Shown here in pieces: positions 29,601-36,275 of a stretch of DNA of 64,000 bases (position 1 is the stretch's first letter; each line of letters starts with the position of its first letter). The notes beneath the pieces are model-generated. The model did not search any database, was not told the DNA's origin, and was given only the letters and a program-made list of their open reading frames with translations. The position numbers and the translations under genes are program-made. Source of the DNA: Marinicella sp. (lineage in GTDB: Bacteria; Pseudomonadota; Gammaproteobacteria; Xanthomonadales; Marinicellaceae); NCBI GenBank assembly GCA_965230295.1, contig OZ246001.1, forward strand, positions 3,584,001-3,648,000, in the 5' to 3' direction.

Positions 29601-30034
29601 AACAGTTCACGCCATCGGTGCAAGTCAAATTGGTCACCGACTTTTACATTCAGACTGCGACCTAAGATAAAATCTTTATTGGGCAGTTTCTGCATCAGGT
29701 TTTGCGCTGGCATCACCACCACGGCGTTTTGTTTAACACGGCTGATATCAGCCAAAAACTTCATCCGCTCCGAGATGATTTCCGGGTTGGGTGAAAAGAC
29801 ATCATAGGGCAGGGTATCCCAAACCGGAAAGTGCAGCACTTTGATGTCATCATGATCCGCACACAGTTTGATTTCTCGTTCCAGTACCCGTGAGTGGTGA
29901 ACTGAATCAGTTAATACCACCAACAAGCCAGGATGTCGTTGGTGAAATTCATGAATGGCCAATGGCAGGGCCAAACCTTTTAAGTTAAACCAATTATGAT
30001 TGTTGTTGTGGTTAATGGATGGGGGAAAAATCAC
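26618..30034 (-). CDS. mfd: Transcription-repair coupling factor Mfd
   Basis: PYDVFSP, VHIDHGVGRY, CGDVGFGKTE, DEEHRFG, TATPIPRTL, QLRGRVGRS, DMEIRGSGELLG, TRCF domain. Confidence 0.97.
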   Translation of the reverse strand: MIFPPSINHNNNHNWFNLKGLALPLAIHEFHQRHPGLLVVLTDSVHHSRVLEREIKLCADHDDIKVLHFPVWDTLPYDVFSPNPEIISERMKFLADISRVKQNAVVVMPAQNLMQKLPNKDFILGRSLNVKVGDQFDLHRWRELFERNGYIHVNEVREAGEFVVRGGVLDLYPMGGHNAYRIELFDDEIDSIRIFDTETQLTIRETNKIQVMPANEFPFDDPARELFLSRFREWFDVDTRKNTLYQDVRKSIKFSGIEQYLPMFHREVADIFDYIPEDAVFIHCQKTLPVLQTWQKQIKARYEERRHDLQRPILAPEELYLDAVTAFKDITAFQNIWVNQDSENTADCIDLSSQLPPRFNADVHENMVAFCDQVPHRMLVTADSPGRQDLIIGKLKSCHKRFKTFPDIQSFLQSNDPRGICIAPIEQGVWLKSLQVAILDEGCLFGQRVTRNQKVKKYKANPEDIISNLTDLHLDSPIVHIDHGVGRYRGLKMMDYDGEAEYLEVEYFGGDKLFVPVSSLHLVSRYSGASEENAPWHKLGSDVWEKAKQKAAKKVKDVAAELLSLYAQREAAGGQAMTVDAEEFAQFCDGFPFDETEDQQNAIQAVIRDMQAKTHMDRVICGDVGFGKTEIALRAAFVAANEGKQVVLLVPTTLLAQQHYDNFADRFADFPIKVSLLSRFVNNTDTKEILAACESGQADIVIGTHKLIQKGIKFKNLGLVIIDEEHRFGVKQKDRLKQLKADVDFLTLTATPIPRTLNSALSGLRDLSIIATPPKARLSVKTQVMEWQNSIINEACTREIQRGGQVYFLHNEVQTIEQMAESIQKINPSARVRVAHGQMHEKELQAVMVDFYKQRFNILVCTTIIESGIDVPSANTIIINRADKLGLAQLHQLRGRVGRSHHKAFAYMIIPSWKGISKDAKKRLEAIESLEDLGAGFTLATHDMEIRGSGELLGEEQSGQIQSIGFSLYCDMLERAVQALKNGEEIDILEDPYDHIDVELNIPALIPEDYMFDVYTRLTFYKRMNNFKQPADLDDIKVELIDRFGPLPEQAQNLFHVLKIKHKAKSLNIKSIVMNEDFADLKFNEQSPTFYAKLIQLIQKKPDTFKPLPNDGLRYSGEFLNAAERIDAIHYLFDILHT

Positions 30035-30176
30035 AGAGACAGCGGCTGATCAAAGGCATGCATTGTAACAGTTTATAGCTGTCAGTCACAGTTGGAAACG
30101 TTGGTAAATCTCTTGAATTTTTGTGTTGTTTACTTATCTATTTTTATCAGCAGACAATCAAAAAAGAAAGCAATGA

Positions 30177-30207
30177 TCATTGCGAGGGAGGAACGACCGC
30201 GGCAATC
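30177..30207. repeat. Left half of a TCATTGCGAG...GGCAATC palindromic (REP/RPE-like) element
   Basis: TCATTGCGAGG..GGCAATC is complementary to GATTGCC..CCTCGCAATGA at 30837-30891. Confidence 0.6.
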
Positions 30208-30214
30208 CACAAAT

Positions 30215-30363
30215 AAGGAATGTTCTTGGGGCTCCATTCACTTTTGTTTCAGACAAAAGTGAAAACGACCGCGGCGAACATGACATGCTACCTCACGCAC
30301 TTCGCCTCTGATTCGCAAAGCTCACCAACCGGCTCGGCGGGTCAAGCTGCTCAGCAGCTTTCC
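30215..30363 (+). repeat. Modular non-coding repeat, copy A (short)
   Basis: AAGGAATGTTCTTGGGGCT..., GGCGAACATGACATGCTACCTC, CTTCGCCTCTGATT, AACCGGCTCGGCGGGTCAAGCTGCT.AGCAGCTTTCC, shared in the same order with 47693-48325. Confidence 0.8.
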
Positions 30364-30431
30364 AGTTATGGAATCTCCTTTGTGATAATAGTCTATATAG
30401 ATAACAAACCATTGGAGCAAGAAAATAAATT

Positions 30432-30760
30432 GGAGAACTGGTCATCAGTTCGACCGGCGCACTCGGTTAGGCAGGCTATGAAGTAATTGCGGTTTTGCAG
30501 AGCAAAGAAGTAATTACGTAATGGCCGATCAGCCGTGAAGTGAAACTGGTCGCTTCCGCATCCTGCTAGCGCGACAGACCTACATCCATATAGGCCAGTC
30601 AGAGGGGGCAAGAGCAGGCAATGAAAGTATGGCGGTTTGGCGTTAAGCCAAGAAGCCTTACTTGAATACCGTAGCTCGTCCGAAGTAGAGAGATATGCTC
30701 GCCGAGGTCGCTTTCATTTTTATCGGTAACAAAAATGAATGAAGACCCAAGGGCATCCCT
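30432..30760 (-). repeat. Modular non-coding repeat, copy B (diverged, inverted)
   Basis: Reverse complement is colinear with copy C, including ACTTTCATTGCCTG, ATGGATGTAGGTCTG, CTTCTTTGC..TGCAAAA and both end motifs. Confidence 0.72.
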
Positions 30761-30836
30761 ATTAAAGTAATTATGGTGGTGTTAAAAAGAAATATTTAAC
30801 CACAGTCATCTAATCAACATCACAACTGAGTAATGA

Positions 30837-30892
30837 GATTGCCACAGCCTACACTCAACTCGATTGGGTGTCGCTTTGCTCCTCGCAATGAC
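30837..30892. repeat. Right half of the TCATTGCGAG palindromic element
   Basis: GATTGCCAC...CCTCGCAATGAC. Confidence 0.6.
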
Positions 30893-30915
30893 AGTGTGTT
30901 TTTTGCATCAATTAT

Positions 30916-30944
30916 TTGCATTGGGCTCCATAAACCAGTAAAAT
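30916..30944 (+). promoter_or_regulatory. Sigma70 promoter of the rpsF operon
   Basis: TTGCAT-17 nt-TAAAAT. Confidence 0.7.
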
Positions 30945-30954
30945 TCGCGAACTT

Positions 30955-31013
30955 TTCCTTGCTGCACTGGTGATTTTGTCCACCGGGTGGCATATTTTTA
31001 AACCGAAAGGAGT
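30955..31013 (+). ncRNA. S6:S18 ribosomal protein leader (autoregulatory cis element)
   Basis: TTCCTTGC anti-SD arm, central hairpin and CCG immediately before the AAAGGAG SD of rpsF, the known S6:S18-binding layout. Confidence 0.6.
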
Positions 31014-31018
31014 TACAA

Positions 31019-31489
31019 ATGAGACATTACGAAATTGTCATGTTGGTTCATCCGGACCAATCTGAGCAGTTACCTGCGATGATCGAAAGATACAGCGGCA
31101 TGGTAACCAATGGCGGTGGTACCGTTCACCGTTCAGAAGACTGGGGTCGTCGCCAGTTGGCTTATTCTATTGAACGTTTACACAAAGCTCATTATTACTT
31201 GTTGAACATCGAATGTGGTCAAGAAGTGATTGATGAGATTGTTGATGCATTCCGTTTTAATGATGCCATCTTAAGACACATGGTTTTGGGTCGCAAAGAA
31301 GCCGATACAGCTGATTCACCTTTGAAGAAAGTAGAAGATGAAAAAGCCAAGAAAGTGACTGAAGAAGAAGTCAAGGCCGTTGAAGCCAAAGAAGCTGAAG
31401 CCAAAGAAGAAGCGGCTAAAGAAGCCGCTGCTAAAGAAGCTGAAGCTGCCAAAGAAAAAGAAACTGCAGAAGCAGCTGAACAGGAGTAA
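31019..31489 (+). CDS. rpsF: 30S ribosomal protein S6 with long E/A/K-rich tail
   Basis: [39 protein letters not shown]. Confidence 0.97.
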   Translation: MRHYEIVMLVHPDQSEQLPAMIERYSGMVTNGGGTVHRSEDWGRRQLAYSIERLHKAHYYLLNIECGQEVIDEIVDAFRFNDAILRHMVLGRKEADTADSPLKKVEDEKAKKVTEEEVKAVEAKEAEAKEEAAKEAAAKEAEAAKEKETAEAAEQE

Positions 31490-31494
31490 TTACC

Positions 31495-31749
31495 ATGGCT
31501 AAACCACAAAGAAGAAGACGCCCAGCACAACGCATCATCAGTCGCAACTGTAAGTTCACTGCTGCCGGCATCAAAGAAGTCGATTACAAAGACTTGGACA
31601 TGTTAAAACAGTTCATCACTGAAACTGGCAAAATCATCCCTAGTCGCATCACTGGTACCAAAGCCAAATACCAAAGACAATTGTCAACGGCTGTTAAACG
31701 TGCCCGTTACCTGGCTTTAGTGCCTTACTGTGACCAACACGGCAAATAA
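31495..31749 (+). CDS. rpsR: 30S ribosomal protein S18
   Basis: [43 protein letters not shown]. Confidence 0.97.
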   Translation: MAKPQRRRRPAQRIISRNCKFTAAGIKEVDYKDLDMLKQFITETGKIIPSRITGTKAKYQRQLSTAVKRARYLALVPYCDQHGK

Positions 31750-31760
31750 AGGAGTCAATC

Positions 31761-32219
31761 ATGCAAGTTATTTTATTGAACAGAGTACAAAACCTGGGTG
31801 ATTTGGGTGAAATCGTTAAAGTAAAAAACGGTTACGCCAGAAATTACTTGATTCCACAAAAACTGGCTTCACGTGCCACTGAAGAAAACATCAAAGCGTT
31901 TGAAGCACAAAAAGCTGAGTTGGTTGCCAAAGCCAAAGAGTCTATGGCTGCTGCACAAGCGCGTGCTGAGTCAATCAACGGCTTGAGCTTAACTGTCACT
32001 GCCAATGCCAGCCCTGAAGGTCATTTGTATGGTTCTGTTGGACCACGCGAAATTTCAGACAAGCTGACAGAAAGCGGTTACCCAGTTGATCCAAGTGAAG
32101 TGATTCAATCAGAAGGTGCTTTCAAAGATGTGGGTGAGTATCAAGTTAAATTGATCTTACACGCAGATGTTGAAGCTGAATTCACTTTGACTGTTGATGC
32201 GGAAACTGAGGAAGCCTAA
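31761..32219 (+). CDS. rplI: 50S ribosomal protein L9
   Basis: MQVILL..V.NLG..G..VKVKNGYARNYLIP, LYGSV. Confidence 0.97.
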   Translation: MQVILLNRVQNLGDLGEIVKVKNGYARNYLIPQKLASRATEENIKAFEAQKAELVAKAKESMAAAQARAESINGLSLTVTANASPEGHLYGSVGPREISDKLTESGYPVDPSEVIQSEGAFKDVGEYQVKLILHADVEAEFTLTVDAETEEA

Positions 32220-32252
32220 GCCTTAAGTTTCACAGCAACATAAAAAAGATTT

Positions 32253-32289
32253 AAGCCGATTATGATTTTACTTGTAATCGGCTTTTTTT
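32253..32289 (+). terminator. Intrinsic terminator after rplI
   Basis: AAGCCGATTA...TAATCGGCTTTTTTT. Confidence 0.82.
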
Positions 32290-32302
32290 ATGTTCAAAAT
32301 GA

Positions 32303-33739
32303 ATGTCCCAAAATGATCCTGAAAAAGCAGAAATAAAGATGAATGACATGCGCCCGGTCAGAGCACATAACGACAGCATAGAAAACCTAAAAATACCTCC
32401 TCATGCAGTGGAAGCTGAAAAAGCGGTGTTGGGAGGTTTGTTGTTGGTGGCCAGTGCCTGGGACAAAATTGCCAGTAAGTTAGCAGCTGAAGATTTTTAT
32501 CAAAAAAACCACCAACATATCTTCAAAGCCATCGCATTCATCAATGAAAATCAACAAGCCTGTGATGTGGTTACTGTCAGTGACTGGTTAGAAGCCCACA
32601 GCTTGACTGAAAAATCAGGTGGTTTGGATTATTTGGCTGAGTTGGCGGCCAACACACCTGGTGCGTCGAATGTAGAAGCTTATGCCAAAATCGTTCGGGA
32701 AAAATCTGTGCTGAGGCAGCTGATTCAAATCGGAAACGAATTGGCAGAAAAAGCCTTCAATCCGGAAGCACAAACCGCTGATGAGTTGATTGAAGAGGCG
32801 GAAAAACTGGTTTTTCAAATACGTGAACAAACCCTCAAATCACAATCTGGTTTCCATGACATCAAGGAAGTTTTGAAAGAAACCATAGAGAATCTGGAAG
32901 TGTTGGCGGAAAGTGATGGAGACATCACTGGTCTGCCATATGGCTGGGTTGATCTGGACAAAAAAACGGCAGGTTTGCAGCGATCAGACCTGATTATTGT
33001 GGCGGGTAGGCCGGCCATGGGTAAAACTTCATTTGCAATGAACATCGCCGAACGTGCAGCCATAACTGGCTCATCTGTTGCGATATTCAGTATGGAGATG
33101 GCCGCCCATCAGTTGGTGATGCGCATGTTCTCATCACTGTCACAAATCAACCAGGCTGACTTGAAACGCGGTAAACTCAAAGACAATGATTGGCCAAAAC
33201 TGGGACAAAGCAGTGCCTTGTTGAGCCAATCAAAATTGTTTATAGATGATCAGCCGGCATTAAGCCCCAATGAAATCATGTCACGTTGTCGTCGCTTGAA
33301 GAATCGCCATGGGTTGGATTTGATTGTGATCGATTACCTGCAGTTGATGCAGGTCAAAGGCAAAGTCGAAAACCGTGCCAATGAAATTTCAGAAATATCT
33401 AGAAACCTCAAAGCCATGGCCAAAGAGTTGGATGTGCCTGTGATTGCCTTGTCTCAATTGAATCGTTCATTGGAGCAGCGACCCAACAAACGTCCTGTGA
33501 TGTCCGATTTGCGTGAATCAGGAGCCATTGAACAAGATGCCGATTTGATCATCTTTATCTATCGTGATGAAGTTTATAACCCCGATTCTCAAGATAAAGG
33601 CAAAGCTGAAATCATCCTTGGTAAACACCGAAACGGTTCGATTGGTAAAATCGATTTAACCTTCAGGGGGCAGTTCACTCGATTTGACAATTATGAAAAT
33701 GACATCATGCTAGAAGACCCGGGTGCTGACTTTCACTAG
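32303..33739 (+). CDS. dnaB: Replicative DNA helicase DnaB
   Basis: PPHAVEAE, AGRPAMGKT, FSMEM, IDYLQLM, LSQLNR, SDLRESGAIEQDAD, KHRNG; no intein. Confidence 0.97.
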   Translation: MSQNDPEKAEIKMNDMRPVRAHNDSIENLKIPPHAVEAEKAVLGGLLLVASAWDKIASKLAAEDFYQKNHQHIFKAIAFINENQQACDVVTVSDWLEAHSLTEKSGGLDYLAELAANTPGASNVEAYAKIVREKSVLRQLIQIGNELAEKAFNPEAQTADELIEEAEKLVFQIREQTLKSQSGFHDIKEVLKETIENLEVLAESDGDITGLPYGWVDLDKKTAGLQRSDLIIVAGRPAMGKTSFAMNIAERAAITGSSVAIFSMEMAAHQLVMRMFSSLSQINQADLKRGKLKDNDWPKLGQSSALLSQSKLFIDDQPALSPNEIMSRCRRLKNRHGLDLIVIDYLQLMQVKGKVENRANEISEISRNLKAMAKELDVPVIALSQLNRSLEQRPNKRPVMSDLRESGAIEQDADLIIFIYRDEVYNPDSQDKGKAEIILGKHRNGSIGKIDLTFRGQFTRFDNYENDIMLEDPGADFH

Positions 33740-33742
33740 ATT

Positions 33743-34819
33743 ATGCACAGAGAACGAGGCACCAAGGCCAGCATCAACACCCAACACGTTAAGGATAACC
33801 TCGACGTCTTCAAACAACTCCACCCTGGAAAAATAATAGCCGTGGTCAAAGCAGATGCTTATGGACATGGCTTAGAACGTGTGGTTCCCGCACTACAAGC
33901 CTGTGATGCTTTTGCGGTGGCCACCATTGATGAAGCCTTGGAATTGCGTTATCTTGATGCCAGTAAGAGGATCATCCTACTGGAAGGTGTATTCAATGAG
34001 TTTGAAATGCAAGCAGCCGTTAACCACAGTTTTGATGTGGTTTTACATCAGGACTATCAGCTCGATCTGTTAGCTGGCATGGATGAACCAAAGACGGTTG
34101 ATGTGTGGTTGAAGATAGATTCGGGCATGAACCGTTTGGGGTTTAAACCGGATGAAGCAGAAGGAAAGATCACTCAAATGATTTCCATGACTGCGGTCAA
34201 TGAAATCAGGTTGATGTCTCATTTTGCCTCTTCTGATGATGTGGGTTGTCAACAGACAATAAACCAGCAGGGCATCAATGAATGGCTCATAGACAAAGGT
34301 TATGAATATTCATTGAGTAACACCGGTGCGGTACTCAACCACTTGTCTGACATCCATGAATGGGCCAGGGTTGGTATAGGCTTGTATGGTATTTCACCGC
34401 TGAACGACACCAAATGGGCATCAGACTTTGGTTTGAAACCGGCGATGCGACTCACCGCTAAAATCATAGCCAGTAAACACATCTCAGCAGGCAGCTTGGT
34501 TGGGTATGGTGGACAGTTCAAAGCTGATACTGACATGCGTATCGGGATAGTCGGCATTGGCTATGCCGATGGCTATCCTTGGTCAGAACACAGCAGCAGG
34601 GTGGTCGTTGATGGTCAAACCGTCAATGTATTGGGCCGGGTTTCCATGGACATGATTGCCATAGATCTGACCGGGTTTGAGCAGGAAATGACCGGTTCAG
34701 AGGTCGTCATTTGGGGTGATGAATTGCCCATTGAACGGGTGGCCAGCGATCTTAAAATGATTCCTTACGCACTTACTTGTGGTATTACCAAACGTGTAAA
34801 ATTTTATGATATTCAGTAA
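33743..34819 (+). CDS. alr: Alanine racemase
   Basis: AVVKADAYGHG (PLP Lys), KIDSGMNRLG, MSHF, GYADG, GRVSMDM. Confidence 0.95.
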   Translation: MHRERGTKASINTQHVKDNLDVFKQLHPGKIIAVVKADAYGHGLERVVPALQACDAFAVATIDEALELRYLDASKRIILLEGVFNEFEMQAAVNHSFDVVLHQDYQLDLLAGMDEPKTVDVWLKIDSGMNRLGFKPDEAEGKITQMISMTAVNEIRLMSHFASSDDVGCQQTINQQGINEWLIDKGYEYSLSNTGAVLNHLSDIHEWARVGIGLYGISPLNDTKWASDFGLKPAMRLTAKIIASKHISAGSLVGYGGQFKADTDMRIGIVGIGYADGYPWSEHSSRVVVDGQTVNVLGRVSMDMIAIDLTGFEQEMTGSEVVIWGDELPIERVASDLKMIPYALTCGITKRVKFYDIQ

Positions 34820-36083
34820 CATAGTCAACTATTTTAAGAAACAAGTTGAGCCTAAAGAGTGGCCAGTATTGATCTGGTCCTTCTTGTATTTTGTTTTTCT
34901 GTTAGCTGGTTATTTTATTCTAAGGCCCATTCGTGAAGAAATGGGGGTCACGGCCGGCCCTGAAAATTATGGTTGGTTGTTTCTTTCAACTTTCATAACC
35001 ATGCTGCTGTTGCAACCTTTTTATGGCAAGGTGGTTTCAACTTATTCAAGAAAGCAATTCATCCCGATCATTTATGGTTTTTTCGGCTTGATGATTCTGA
35101 TTATCTGGTCTTTGTTTCACCTGATAGGGACAGAAAGTGTTTACTTGGCAAGGTTCTTTTTTGTATTTGTCAGTGTCTATAATTTATTTGTCGTTTCTAT
35201 TTTTTGGAGCTTCATGGCAGATGTCTACACCAAGGCACAGGGTAAACGACTGTTTGGTGTGATAGCTGCTGGAGGAAGTACAGGTGGCATTTTAGGCAGT
35301 GAATTAACCAGTTATCTGGTCTATCAGGTGGGTACCATTAATTTGTTATTGGTGTCATTAATATTTTTGATGGTTTGTATATTCATTGTATTCAAAGTCA
35401 GAAAATTTGCCACAGATTCATCCATTAACACAGGGGCACCTTTGGGTGGCAGTCCAATTGAAGGCATGAAGTTATTATTGGATTCAAAGTTTCTTCGTCA
35501 AATTGCATTGATGGTGGTAATTTCAGTCATTATTGGATCTATTTTTTACTATTTACAAGGTGAGTATGTAAGGCAATTTTTTCCAGAAAGAGATCAAAGG
35601 ACTGATATTTTTGCAACAATTAACAAATACACCAATTACCTCACATTGTTGTTTCAATTGGTACTAACTCCTTGGTTGTTGCAGAAGTTCAAAATTCACA
35701 ACATCCTGGGGATTTATCCAACCATGATGATTTTGGCCTTGTTAATGTTTGGCTTAATGCCCGTTTTGTATGTGGTTTTGGGTGCCATAATTTTCCAGCG
35801 CAGTGGCGCTTATGGCATCATGAAACCACCCACAGATTGGCTGTTCACCGGTTTACCGGACAACATGAAATATAAGTTTAAGAATTTTCTCGATACGGTG
35901 GTATATCGCGGAGGTGATGTTTTCGCCCAATTGTTTTTCGTCAAAACGGTGGTAACCTTCTCAAAAGACCTGAGGGTTCTGGCTTTATTGGGCGCTCTAC
36001 TATGCTTGGTTTGGTTATGGAATGCCGTCAGTGTAGGCCGTTTAGCCATGTCAACATTTGAAAAATACAAGCATGATTCCTAA
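34806..36083 (+). CDS. MFS transporter, NTP/NDP exchange (AAA/TLC) family-like
   Basis: YFILRPIRE, NLFVVSIFWSFMAD, KRLFG.IAAGGS.G, KYKFKNFLDTVVYRGGD. Confidence 0.8.
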   Translation: MIFSNIVNYFKKQVEPKEWPVLIWSFLYFVFLLAGYFILRPIREEMGVTAGPENYGWLFLSTFITMLLLQPFYGKVVSTYSRKQFIPIIYGFFGLMILIIWSLFHLIGTESVYLARFFFVFVSVYNLFVVSIFWSFMADVYTKAQGKRLFGVIAAGGSTGGILGSELTSYLVYQVGTINLLLVSLIFLMVCIFIVFKVRKFATDSSINTGAPLGGSPIEGMKLLLDSKFLRQIALMVVISVIIGSIFYYLQGEYVRQFFPERDQRTDIFATINKYTNYLTLLFQLVLTPWLLQKFKIHNILGIYPTMMILALLMFGLMPVLYVVLGAIIFQRSGAYGIMKPPTDWLFTGLPDNMKYKFKNFLDTVVYRGGDVFAQLFFVKTVVTFSKDLRVLALLGALLCLVWLWNAVSVGRLAMSTFEKYKHDS

Positions 36084-36275
36084 CCAGCCACAGCACTAAA
36101 AACACAACAAAAAACTGTTAATTTTCATTGATTTATAGTATAAAAATTAAGGGTGTGTTTGGGCCTATCTCATCAACTCTGTTGTACATATATGTCAATT
36201 CACCTAACAATATAATTCCTTTACTCAAATCAATCATTTTCCTGCGGGGACATGTTAAATACACGGAGATGATGT

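Noticed and set aside
30220-30611. ORF-track entries 30220-30486 (+) and 30393-30611 (-)
   Set aside because: They lie within the non-coding repeat copies, with no recognisable motifs or SD
32303-33739. Intein in DnaB or RtcB
   Set aside because: Both proteins are normal length with contiguous motifs
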